Origin: Marsupella aquatica
Taxonomy: Eukaryota > Plantae > Marchantiophyta
Assembly: GCA_973895155.1 (NCBI GenBank)
Contig: OZ316895.1
Span: forward strand, 13,946,225-14,010,224
DNA length: 64,000 nucleotides
Reading direction: 5' to 3'
Under the pieces are notes generated by a model. It was not told the DNA's origin, made no database searches, and saw only the letters and a program-made list of their open reading frames with translations. A program made the position numbers and the translations under genes. Below, piece by piece: positions 46,075-58,752 of this stretch (the stretch's first letter is position 1; the number at the start of each line of letters is the position of its first letter).

Positions 46075-49000
46075 ATGGCGGGTGTCGGATGCCAATTGGG
46101 CAGCTCCTTCCTTCCCAAGACGGGTGTTCGGGATCCCAAGCTCGTATCGAATAATCAAGCTGCTGCTTCTTCTCCTCAATTTCCTCGCCCACCAGGAGCG
46201 GCCAATCTCTACTCCATCAGTGCGTACTTGCACTAGCTCTAGCTCTAGCTCTGTCTGTCTGTGTCTTCTTGCTGTGCATTTGTTTCCATACAACTTTGGC
46301 TGTCACGGTGAGCCTACGCATTTCACACACCTCTAGCTGTGCTCGTGCGTCCCCGAGCGTCGCCTTTGCCTGCCAATTGCCCACTTCTCGTCTCACCTAT
46401 AGAGTTCCGCTTTGAATGGTATATAAACTACATGAAAGTCGAGGCCAATTGAGGAATGTTCTCAGCCCGCTGATCTGCTAATCTGTGTTCTCAGTTCCGT
46501 CAGTCATCTTCAGTTTTGAATTGTTTTGGATGCTACCGTTTGAGCTTTGGATTCTGAAATTGGTTCTCTCTCGCTCTGTCGATCGGCTCTATTTGGGTGT
46601 GCAATTTCCGTGCAATTCCTCGACTAGAAGATGCGGGTCTGTTGTTGAAATTGCATGATGGTTGCGATGATTCTTTCTCAAATTTTATGTCAGTAGTTCT
46701 CACTGACGGCAGATGGGAGAATTAGCTAAGTACGTGAGTGACACCTCTCTCTCTCCAATGTTGCACAATGAACCCAACCGACGACGGAGTTAATGTTTTG
46801 ATGAGCATTTTGTATGCTTTTGAGTTGATAGTCTGAGCGCGGGAAGAATAATGTCCTCAGGGGCATCATCACTGGGGAGTGGAGATCCAATCAGAGCTTG
46901 GATTGTTGGAGAGGGTGGAGCCACCAAGATCACCAAAATCGCCCCCGTTGGCGGTGGTTGCATCAACACTGCCATGCGATATGACACTGATTCGGGTTCC
47001 TTCTTCGTGAAGACTAACAGGCAAGCTTCAAAATAATCAACTCAAGTACAGTAGACATAGTTTGGCCATTTCGTTTTGCCCAACCATGACTTGCTTGATC
47101 GCAGCTTTGGATTTGGAATGCTTTCTGATTCTGGGAACATGATCTCTGACACCCTTGCAAAACAGAGACGTTGGGGCAGCCATGTTTGAAGCAGAAGCCG
47201 TTGGATTGGATGCCATGTATGCCACCGGCGCAATTCGTGTCCCGAAACCTTACAAGGTTTGTCCTACTGACTTTCTTCGAAGAGCATAAGCTAATGAAGC
47301 TACCCTTTAGATCATCAAGCATCTCTGCCATCTTCGTGTGTTAGTGGCAGAAAATAAATTTACTTGAATAGCTGCCTTGATTCTTTCCCTCCCTCACTTT
47401 CAGGCCAGTAATGCAATGAGATGTTTATCTCCAGGTGATGGTAAAGGTTTACCAAGATTGAATTGCTTTTCAGGTAGGGCCGTTGCCAGGAAGAGGATCT
47501 TACATCATCATGGAGCACATAAGCATGGGTGCATCTGTTGGTGGACAGGTAGAATTCTTTACCTAGTGCTAGTCGCAAGGCGTGGGGACTTCTTATTCCT
47601 TTGTGGTTTTATTAATTGGGTGCGAATTTCATTGTATATGCGACAACACAGGCGACAGGAGATCTACAGGCTACAAGAGGTGGTTCATTGTTTTAAAGTG
47701 TCTTGATTTCTCAAAATTACTGGCTAGAAGCGGACTCACCTGATGACGGCTGCTTGTCTAGGTGGAACTGGGCCGGAAACTTGCTGAAATGCATAAAGCA
47801 GGGCGAACTGATAAGGGTTTTGGTTTCGACATGGACAACACAATTGGAAGGTCTGCTTCTGAGTTTTTCAAAGTTCTGAATTGTCGGCAGATGCAAGCTG
47901 TGGCAACATATCATTACAAAAATGGAATGAATACCGTCTCATAGCCTCGATACCATTGAATCTGTACAGTACTTGTTAGATTTGAGAAGCAGAACTGATT
48001 TGTAAGTCTGCGTTGACAAGGTGCAGCTAGCAAGTGGGGTAGCTTCGTTCGTGTGTTCCATGCGTGCTTCGATTGACAAGCACAAGAAAGTACTCCACTC
48101 TTGTGGAGCGGAGTTTCCGTCTGAAAGCTTCATGTTTCAGTCTACTTTCTGTGCTGGTTCTTGCGGTTCGAAAAGGCTTTCTTCTGACCAGTTGATATCT
48201 ATACTACCAGCACGCCTCAAAAGAATCCGTGGACAAGCGACTGGGTTACATTTTTCCGGGATCATAGACTTGGTTATCAGCTCCAGCTGGCTGAGAAACA
48301 ATACCGCGATTTTGATATCGTAGAGAAAGGTCCATACTAGTCACCTAACCAGAGAATATGACCAAATCTGAAAGGCTCTGGTTTGTTGATCCCAAGTAGT
48401 AATTTGTAGCTGTCCTCTTAGGGCAACTATCGCTGGCTGTGAGGGTTATAGTCGCTTATGATCCTGAGAATTTGTTTACTTGAAAGCATCTAGCTAGAAT
48501 TGAAGATATGCCTGCAGAATCAGGTTTCAGGAAAAATGGGTGGATTGCTCACTAAATGTCGAATAGGGGACCGTACACCAAGTCATGCTCATCATAGTGC
48601 TGTAGAGGCCAGCCTAGTTGTGATCTGTAGGACCTCCCCGGTGCAAGTTCTATGTTTATATTTTATAGTTCTATCAGTCCAGACAAAATTTTGAGTTGCT
48701 GCCGAAAGAGCCGATTGAGGTCTTAATATATGTTCTACATTCCAGGAAAGAGGTTGCTCGACAAGCTTCCTTCGATCTTTCGGGACGTGAAGGTCGAGCC
48801 TTGTCTTCTCCACGGGGATCTCTGGAGTGGCAATATTACCGCTGACGAAAACGGGGCTCCTGTTATTCTCGATCCGGCCTGCTATTGTAAGAATCTGCCG
48901 ACAAGAGTAACAGCTTAGTGGGAGTTGGTGTTATGCTTATCAGGAGACCTGAGTTGGAAATTTGGAGTCTAACTGTACATTTCTTACCAGCAAGGGTTGT

Positions 49001-49746
49001 GTCTATTCGTTCTCCCAATATTTTTCTATTGGCCCTCTTGGTCTAGGAGTGGATTAACTGGTGTCTTGTGGGGAATTGAGTCATACTTCTGAAGCGGTGC
49101 GTTTGAGCTCCACTCTAAACCCCGACAGAAAATTGTTTCTTTCCACAGATGGTCACAACGAAGCTGAGTTCGGGATGTCTTGGTGTGCCGGGTTTGGATC
49201 CAGCTTCTACGATGCTTACTTCAAGGTCAATTCTCTTCTGCATGGCAGGCCTTTGGATTGACGTACATGTGATTCCTTGTAGAGAGGCACAATATAGTCA
49301 AAGTAGCCAAGCTTGAATAGTTCTACAGTTTGCTGCTACCAATTATGAGATGACACTTCCATTACTTAAACTCACATTAATGCGTTGCACTTTAATAGGC
49401 GTAGGAAGTGAACAGTTCGTTTTGCCATATTTTTTCAGATAGAGGGGTATGAGCACAAGCCCTAGTTATGAATTTATGAAGAACTTTAGCGAATGTCCAG
49501 TTTGTTTTAGCAAGTCATATCCAAGCTGTCAAAGTGAAACTGGACATCCTGGCCAGGATTCTATGAAATGTCATTCATGTCTTGTGCGAATTTGCGTTCG
49601 TGCAGGTTATCCCGAAGCAACCCGGGTTTGAAAGGCGAAGGGAGCTTTACAGATTGTATCACTATTTGAATCATTACAACCTTTTTGGATCCAGCTATCG
49701 CTCGTCAAGTATGTCAATCATCCAGAGTTTTGTCAATCAATCATAA
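46075..49746 (+). CDS. Fructosamine-3-kinase family protein (protein-ribulosamine 3-kinase, probably plastid-targeted), multi-exon
   Basis: [79 protein letters not shown]; stop TAA 49744-49746. The conserved part starts at 46851; the upstream transit-peptide-like exon from ATG 46075 is tentative. Confidence 0.93.
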
Positions 49747-50836
49747 ATCCCAGTTGAGCCAACGAGGAGGAGATCCAAATTGAGCCAAGTAGGTGGAGAA
49801 TCCAAATTGAGTCGACGAGGAGGAGATGGTCAGAGCGAGTACTATGTAATCGTTGCGCTGAGCATTTAAGCGGTGCCCAAAATTCGTGTAACTTTGTAAG
49901 AGATTGTCATTGTCGGAGGGAGGTGGTGTACGAAATAGTTGAGAAGGCAAAACAGAAGACAATATGGGATGGTGACGTTGTGGACGGGCTTTTGGATTGC
50001 ATTACATCTGAAGTTTGGCAGAGTATAAGGTACTGAATTATGTGTGTTAGTGTTGGCTTCAACCAGGCAGGTGCGGAAACGTGCTGTTTGCTACAAATGT
50101 TCAGAAAGAGAGGGATCAGTTGTCCTTTGCTTCGGTACTTTTGATTATCGCGAGCAGTCATTGTGCGAATGTAAAATTTATGTGTCGGTTTAATGGGTTT
50201 TGTAGATCCTTTTTCAAGTTCTATGTTACCTTTGTCGAGATTATTGTTCATTTTATGGCAGAGGTTGACACGTACCTGTCATGAAAGAAAGAGAACGGAT
50301 TTTGTTCGGACATTTGATGAAGCGTAGAGATTGCAAATTGGCTAACCACTATCAGCTATATTCTCACCGCATTGTATTGGTACTCCGAGGGAACAAAATT
50401 ATATTTCATCCATCCTGATATTGATCTGCTGTACTAACCAAATTACAGAGCTACTTACCAAATTACTGGGCGTATTCGCATACCCACCTTTTCACAAGTG
50501 AGTTTTTTAAATCGAAATTAGTGACCAAATGAAGGAACCCAAAATGCACTTGGTCGACACAATTGATCATATTGTCGATACGGTATATGATCTGCACGGG
50601 TTTTCACCCTTATCGGTGATCAGAAGACGGGAATCAAAAGTCTTGGTCAAGATAATGCGTAAGAAGTAACCTCTGGAACATTTTGATCATTCTTCCCATC
50701 GTTAATGTACGCTGAAAGATATTTGTATTACAAAACTTAATTCCACTTGCTGAATGTGTCCGAAAAGTCTGACTGTCAATATAAATTCCCTCAAGAGAAC
50801 AAATGCCCTCCGAAGTTGTGAGAAATCAACTTCTGA

Positions 50837-52706
50837 TCACAAGAGATGGGTTAGTAACTCGGCGGCAGTGGCAATAGCTCCACCAGTGGCTGCTGAGCGA
50901 ATCATCTTGTCTCGGTTGTATCGACTATCAGCGAATGTGAGGATTGCACCAGTCAATGCTCCCCCCAACATAGCATTTTTCTGCATCATTGCCAAAAGCG
51001 TCAGCTAAGGCGTTGTACAGAACACAGCTTCGCCACCACTGAACGAAACTAATGAAATACTGCGTTGCACTATGAAAGAATCGACACACTAGGATTGGTG
51101 GCTTACCCAATCGTGCTTTCCGCGAGTTTGTTGCATCCCGTATTCCATCCCAGTGTAAACGCCAGCAATAGCACCTACAAAATGAAAATTCAACATGTCA
51201 ACGAACCGCAGCAGTGCTCCGAACAGTGGGAAAAGTCCAGGGAGGAAATTACTCGCTGCCCTTAATGATTACAAAATACGGAAATAATATAAAATCGGAA
51301 ACTTTTCCAGAGGCAGGACGTGCCAGTCACATACCCCATTGAATTCCTTCCTTGACCATCTTCTTGAGTCCTGATTCAATGTCGGCCTTCGATATACTTT
51401 CTGCAGTATCGACCATCTAAGCATGTCACATTACGTCTCGTCTAGCATGGCATAATTGGGTCTCCATTGGGGAGAGCAAGAGCACAAAAAGAATGAGTGA
51501 ACCATTACTGATTGTCGACCATCTACTGATTTTCTAGATTGCATCATCCTTTCACTCCGAAATTTTTTAGTTCATCAGCTAGTTCTCTTCGGGTCCTCAT
51601 AATTCGTGAAGTTTCATTCAATCATCGCATTCGTGATTATTAGATTCTTCACCGAAGGAGCTGAGTCTGGTGTGCGTGTAACGCGTGCCGTTGACTTCTC
51701 ACAGCGATGCAGATGACTGTAGGGTGGAATTTCATGTACCTTTCCTCAAACAGCTGAATGTTTCTTGAACGGCAGCGTGTGACGAGCCAACCTGCGTAAT
51801 CAGCACATTCCAACAGTCCCTTCAGACGAGATAGACTAGGAACCATACAAAAGTCGGCCAAAGAAATCTGTTCTGAAAGAGAGGTATTACATAACGCAGT
51901 TTCTAGCCTTCCACTCCAGTCTTCACAACTTTTGCGAGATTAACGGAGATCAAAACCCCAGTGCCGGATCGGTTGGAGACGACTTGGAGATCGGGATGGC
52001 CAATAAACTCTTAAGGTACAGGTTGCTATGACGGGTTGAGGTACTGCCCCTTGATGCTTGTAAACCTCACTCTTCCAATGTTCGGGAAAAATTGTCCACA
52101 AGCTGCAGTTCACGAGATCTCGATACGTCTCACGACATAATCTTCCGAATTCTGTCTACTATGAACTCTGTTTCCATTGAAGCACCATCGACAAGGTCAT
52201 TCGTTCTAATATTGGCTTAGACCCGGCTACCCCGATGAGATCTCCAACCCAATGTATGCCAGAAATGATCAATTTCCGTCCTAAGAGCCAAGATCTTAGA
52301 AACGTCGATTGTCACTCTCGCTCTGAGTCCCTCGGCCAGAAATGATCAATTTCCGTCCTAAGAGCCACGATCTTAGAAACGTCGATTGTCACTCTCGCTC
52401 TGAGTCCCTCGGCCAGATTTGAGACAACGTTGTGAAGATTAATCCAATCCCTCTTTCGCCCCTCTCGACCGGCCTCACAGAATGGGAACCATGATCCCGG
52501 AAGAGTTAAGAACAACCGAGCATTGGGGGCTCTGCAACAGAATGTGAGGTGGTTGCGAGGGCAGCAGGCATGAAAGCAAAGCTGTGACTTACTATGCCAA
52601 TCTTGAGGAAGCTGTCCACTGTTCTGTTAAAAAAAGGGTGGCCCATGTCGACGAAGACATCCACAGTCGGTGAGTCGAACCGGCTCGCAATCTTTGCTCG
52701 AGGCAT
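50837..52706 (-). CDS. OEP16: Chloroplast outer envelope pore protein 16 (Tim17/22/23 family), 5 coding exons
   Basis: Exons: MPRAK...VDMGHPFFNRTVDSFLKIGI (52706-52593); VGSSHAAVQETFSCLRK (~51790-51740); SISKADIESGLKKMVKEGIQWG (~51400-51335); AIAGVYTGMEYGMQQTRGKHDW (~51175-51107); KNAMLGGALTGA...GGAIATAAELLTHLL* (~50980-50837). GT-AG junctions. Confidence 0.92.
52258..52417. repeat. Tandem duplication, 2 x 77 bp, in OEP16 intron 1
   Basis: GCCAGAAATGATCAATTTCCGTCCTAAGAGCCA...GAGTCCCTCG repeated with one visible mismatch. Confidence 0.92.
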
Positions 52707-54150
52707 CTTGCCCAATTTTCCCCCACTTGATGGATTGGTCTCCTGCGGCTAACTGAACCCCCGCCCTGTCCTCCCCTGGCCTGTTCTTCACCGGTAGCCT
52801 GACGTTCCTTCACTTCTGCACTTTGGAAAACCACGCCATCAAGAAATAAATAAACAACACCACCATTCCTCTAGGAGGGTCCAGTCATTCTTTCAAGATA
52901 CACGCTCAAAGAAACATCCTCTTTTTCTCTGAGGACAGAACGCTCTGCTCTGCAATTATCAATTCTTTTCTGCCTTGAAAATTCCGCTTTTACTTCAATA
53001 AAGGGAAATCCACTCGTCTCGATATGTCATCCAGATCGTGACGGCAAGAAAACATTGCACTACTCGAGACCACACGGGGGGCACTGCCGTCAATTTCTCG
53101 AGAGTGAACACGGGTGCAGGCGAAATGCAAAAACGACCCAACTCTAAGTTCGGCGTGAGAATGCAAAGAATGAATAGACCACAGACATAAACAAATGTCC
53201 AGAGAATCGATTAGCGTAACGGCCAGTCCAGAGTCCGCCTGCCCGTGATCCAGCCCAGGAAACACAAATTTCCAAGGAAGCATTCTAACGCTCACATTGG
53301 AGCATCTCCAACCTCTTTCCCATTACAGCAACCACAACATCATCAACAAAAAACAACAAGACAGCAGCATAGCATTGCATTGCATTGCCTGCGAAACGAA
53401 AACCACCAACCAACGAGCAAACGTGACAAACCGGGTTGAGGCTCGTTACATGATCGATCACTCACCAATTGAAGCGCTAACACAACGAATTCCACAGTAC
53501 AGCACAGGATGTCGTCTTCAATTGAAGCAGGCCGGACGAAGGGAAGCAAGAAAGCGCTCGACCGACAGCGGCGCGGCTGAATTATCTAGAACAACAGTAG
53601 AAATCATAGAGAGCGCGAAGTTGAGCGACGGCATTTATCCATTCCGCCAACAGCAGCGGCGGCGGGATTCTCGTTCAATCCCAGGGCGCGATCCACGATG
53701 CATGCACGCTGATGTCAACGACGGAACGGAGTCTTGACTCTTGAGGGAAATCTTCGGACGGGAATTGAGTGATTTCTGTTTGGTGGGGTCATGAAGCCGA
53801 CGGGGGCATTGAGCGGACCCGCCACGGGAATGTGTCGCCATGGGAGGGGCTCCGAAGCCCGTCTTCGATGTAGCGACCGCCCCTTTCTCTCCGACTCTGC
53901 GGGAATGGGCCTTTCGGAGTTCCCGAGGATGCGCGTCTACGGCTTCGCGGGCGATGGGAGGCCTCAGAGTTTACTGAGATGGGTCTCTTGGAGTTTGTGA
54001 GGATGAGAGTTTGCCGCTTTGCGAGTGATGGGACGCTATAGAGTTTGCGTGGATGGGTCTTTGGAGTTTTTTAGGATGATAGTATGGCTTTCCGGGTGAA
54101 GGGGACCACAGAGTTTGCTGGGATGGATCTTCGGAGCTTATGGGGATTCT

Positions 54151-54266
54151 GACACGCGTCCCACGCCTAATGGATCTTTTTCTTGTCTATTGAGGACGCG
54201 TGTCGTTTTTCGATATGTGGTGCGGCTCGCGTCTGTTTGGGCGGCTTGAGGGCATGACGCGTGTGG
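54151..54266. promoter_or_regulatory. Cluster of ACGCGTG (CE3/CGCG-box-like) motifs upstream of OEP16
   Basis: GACACGCGTCC (54151), GGACGCGTGTC (54194) and GACGCGTGTG (~54257). Confidence 0.45.
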
Positions 54267-56299
54267 AAGACGACATTTTGGACCATGCTGTCCTGAGTCG
54301 AGTCTGTCTTTTACACTGTCCTAGGGGTGTAAGGATAACTATGACAGCCACAGATACTCTACAGTACTTGTTTTGGGTTTCGGACTTTCGGTTTTCTATG
54401 AATAAAGGCACATCAAACACTATCAAATACAATTCCCCCCCCCCCCCCTCCCCCAAAAAAAAGTATATTCTTCCTTTACAAAACGAGGAAAAAGTGAGAG
54501 TCAATCCTAGCCCTTGGTCAAAAATTGAATATTTGTTGATATCATCAATACACCTAGACACTCCTCCTGCCTCAAATTTTGGGTCCAATGCCTGCCCGCA
54601 CCTGCCCAAAATGAAAATTCATTCAATTCGGAAAAGTATGAAAAAACTCTGAATATATAAAATATTATATATATACATACAAATATATATATTCTGAGTA
54701 AACTATTAATAAAATACACTCCCTCATATTGCGCAACCATTCCTGGACACACAATGTATTTGCCCATGCACTAACCTTGCCCTCCTCAACCACAACACTT
54801 TCATAAAAATTAGTTCGTGGACCCCTTGGCTAATAAAATCAGGGGGAGGATTCGATCTGAGCCGTCTCCATTTCTTATCTCCGGAAATCTCGTTCGTCCA
54901 TCATAATGGCCAATCTATGGCTCAAAAGAAAAATCTCAAATAGATCTATGGATGGGTTCTGTCCACTTTGCAAATGGGTTAATATTTTTCAAATGAAAAA
55001 TTAAACAAATCCAAGCCTTCCTAGCCGTCGATTTTGTTGATTTTACGATCTTTGCCATCCATTTTGTAATGTCTCTAGGAATCTTATTCATCCATGTTAG
55101 AAGGCGATCTAGGGTGCAAAAGAAAGATCTCAATGAGATCTACGACTGGGTGTTTTTTGTTTTGAGAATGAGTAAATAGTTTTGAATATAAAATTTGATG
55201 AACTTTCAAGATTCCAACCATTCCTCCTCCCTGATCCTGGGTTTCTATGTGCTCTTCCCAGCATTAATGGCCGTACAATACGAGAGGTCCTTACATAACG
55301 GAAGTTGCGGTTTAACAAGGAAGTTATAAAGTTAGTTATTAGTCATTATTTATTATATGAAAAATACTTTTTATAAATCTTTGAATTTAAGTTTTAAAAT
55401 TGGAAATGTAACTAAAACGGTTACATAATGACAGTTTTAACTGTTTTGCTCTTTGCATTTCCAATGTTTTTACTTTTCTTTTTATGGCACGGTGTCCCAA
55501 AATTTACACCCAAATTGACACAAACACAAATGAAAACTATAAGTTTGATTCACAAAACCGACGAGTCATGTTTGTTGCGGTTGTTGTTGACGTGGCACGC
55601 TGTGGTGCCAAGAATTTTGGAAGGGACCTCTAGTGGGGTCCGTAACAATAACAATGGCCAAAATGACAATATTTTTGTAACACCAACAACCCAACTAAAA
55701 GGAGGAGACTTATACACCCATGAAACATGATAAACACCCCGTGCTTTTTACTTTATCTTAATCATCTTCCAAAATTTGACTTGTTTGTGGGAAGGAAAGA
55801 CTTGGAAGCAAAACATGGAAGGGGAGACCCAACAAAACTGGAAAAAGGGGAGGGGGCAACGATCAAGGAGAAAGGGGGGAGGAAGATGGATGGGACGACA
55901 AGGATCAATGGATGAGGAAAGGGGAACAACTTCCTTTATGCAACTACATCTTTTATATATGAAACAATTTTTTTTACATATCTACATCCTTTGGACAACA
56001 ACAGAATTTTTGCAATAATATTTTTTGTGTCTTTTGCACAAGGACATCTTTTACACAATATCATCTTTTATGCAAGGTCATCTTTTGGATAACAAGGTCT
56101 TTTGTGCAATGCACAGGTATAGATTACACTTTGGGACCAACCCAAGAGCCTTTCTTATTTAACACAATAGCCCAAATACCCTTTCACAGGAAGGGTTTCT
56201 CTTACCTAGACTCCCATTCCCGTCCCTATCACCCTAGTCGCAAGTAGTCTAATATCAACAATTTATCCTACCAGAAAAATTATGGCATATGACTTGCTT

Positions 56300-57500
56300 T
56301 ACAAAGTACCTAGAGCTTGGGGGTTTCACTTCCACAAAATGGCACATGACATGCGACGAAGGATAGGGTCATTTTATTTGTTTTCTATAATTCACAATCT
56401 TAGCAGAGAAATTAAAGTCTATCGCTTTACTCTGGAGTAGGTGACTTAGATTGTGAATTATACTCCAGATAGACATAGATTGACAGATGTGCAGCCTCCT
56501 TGAAGATAGCATAGCCCAAAACCTAAAGCAAGTACTACCTTCTCTAGCTTGATTCACCACTTGTAGCCAAATGAAACGTCATTAAGGAACTGATGGGAAG
56601 GACACTTACTTAGGGAACATTGTAGCTCTTGTTACACTTCTCAAAAGGTTTGAGTTGGCTGCTCATCCCCACATTTTTTATGGTTACACCCATTGTGTTT
56701 ACATCCCTATGATGAGTGACTGGAGATCTAGATTCTCTGGTTAAGTTAGGGTGGGTGACTACATGGAGACCTCGACAGGTGCAAGGGCTTGATTCCAATT
56801 ATCTTCTTGCACGTATTGAACATTTCAAATGATCAATAATTGCAACAAATTAACAAATTGCAACCGGTATCTCGGGGGGTCGACTATCAAAACTTTAGGA
56901 ACCACATGCGATCCAAAATAGGCACTTTTGATAAAAATTAGCTATAGTATTAAAAATTGTAAGATGCAAAAGAAGGTGTTTTTATGCCATTGGATGAGTT
57001 TATAAAGTAAAATAGGGCACCTCATTATTTTTCATTTTAGGAAAAAATAATTTACAAATAGGTGTATTTTCCAGAACATATTACATGACAAATGTCACAA
57101 TTTTATTGGTCCACATGGCATTGTCCTATTAGTCCACATATAAAATGCTTTTAAAATACATAATATATATTTAAATAAATATATATATATATGGATACTT
57201 CATATAATGACATACTGCCAACCTTGGAGCAAGCTTTGGGAGGCGTGAGTAATATTAAATATTCATTCTAGGGTAATATTGTGATAGCACCCTAAAGTGA
57301 TAAGGGCAAAGAGTGGAGGCGGCTCTAATTTTCCAAAATTTGGGCTCAAATTTCTTGGGGGTCTCACTCCGCAAAATCGCTCATCACGTGCTACAAAGTA
57401 AAATGTTCATTAATTGGGTTTTAAGAAAGACTTAAGAAATTTTGTGTAAGAACAATAGGGTCAACTTTATATATTGGGTGGCTTTTAAGAACAATTGGGG
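56300..57500. mobile_element. Cluster of MITE fragments
   Basis: CTCGGGGGGTCGACTA...ACCACATGCGATCC at 56871 (family of 43662); CTTGGGGG(T)TTCACTTCCACAAAA-type ends at ~56317 and ~57354, also seen at ~44675. Confidence 0.65.
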
Positions 57501-57831
57501 TATTAGTATTTTTGACTATGTAGATGGAAGACATACAAGGACGTTAGGATATCTTTGTGCCAGATTATATAAAGTACACGTGTCACTATATGATTGGTAC
57601 ATGTGGCATGCATAAATTTCCAACATGTTTTCTAGAGTCATGTATGCGTTAACATGGCAAGAATTTGGGAATACTTAGTGGGTCTAGTTTTGGGAGGACT
57701 CACTTTGTAGAGTTTGACTCGAGTTTCACAAGTTTAAATTCGCAATTTAAATTTGTCCTAACCTGTTTCATGTGTGTTGTTACCCTCCATTGCCCCTTCT
57801 CAGTCTAATCCCATGTCGTTTCCCTCCACTC

Positions 57832-58298
57832 TGTCGTGCGCATACATATCGCTACACAACATACATCGCTAGTCACATACATCCAGACATAGTCACACTG
57901 CCACATCACAAATACAAGAGAATGGAATACAAGTGGAACTCATGTCCACACATGTCCAAAACCCACAATAATCTCCATACAATCGGCACAACGATCTCGG
58001 TCAACAATACCCCATCGATCCCGCACCGATCCGATCACACACGTATGTCAAGCCAACGCACCTTGCACTACTCAAGGAATCCACGTTACACAAGCGGAGC
58101 TCACAGCCACCATAGCCACACTCAAGCTCCTCTCTCTCCAAGGCTCAACATTGAAAGATGACCTTTCAATGCCTCACAAGTGAGAAGTACCCTCTCACAC
58201 AAACCTGACAGAACCTTATCGACTCCAATAGCACTCATACCAAACGTACATACTCTAATAGCACGATATACTACTACACTACTCAGAATGGTGTGACA
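57832..58298 (-). repeat. 3' LTR of the Gypsy element (467 bp, TGTC...GACA)
   Basis: Minus strand begins TGTCACACCAT and ends GCACGACA; the same start is the terminus of the homologous copy at 2218. Confidence 0.85.
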
Positions 58299-58300
58299 GC

Positions 58301-58438
58301 TGTCGTGCGCATACATATCGCTACACAACATACATCGCTAGTCACATACATCCAGACATAGTCACACTGCCACATCACAAATACAAGAGAATGGAATACA
58401 AGTGGAACTCATGTCCACACATGTCCAAAACCCACAAT
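58301..58438 (-). repeat. Extra 138-bp copy of the LTR 3' end between PPT and LTR
   Basis: Identical by eye to 57832-57969; preceded on the minus strand by the purine tract AGGGGGGCG (58448-58440 region). Confidence 0.95.
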
Positions 58439-58614
58439 CGCCCCCCTAGCTGGGAGTAAGGTCCCCTAACTCTAGCTAGCCATGAGTTCTACAAGGTTGA
58501 TATACACCTTTTTAGGTGTGAAGATCAGGAGGCCGGGTGCAAGTGAGCCCCATCGATCACCTACCTGCAATCCATATCTGCCAAGAGAACACAAATGATA
58601 ACTAGTCGGCTTCA

Positions 58615-58752
58615 CCGACACTGAGGACACAACCATGATCCACTAGGAATCACCTGCAATGGTGGTGTCAAACATGACATGTGCCATCCTCTAGAACACT
58701 TATCACAAATCAACATAGTAGCTGCTCCCTGAGCAGATCCACACAACATACA
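58615..58752 (-). other. PHD finger at the integrase C-terminus
   Basis: CMLC...MLICDKCSRGWHMSC...IPSGSWLCPQC fits C4-H-C3 with the conserved P-x-G-x-W-x-C. Confidence 0.95.
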
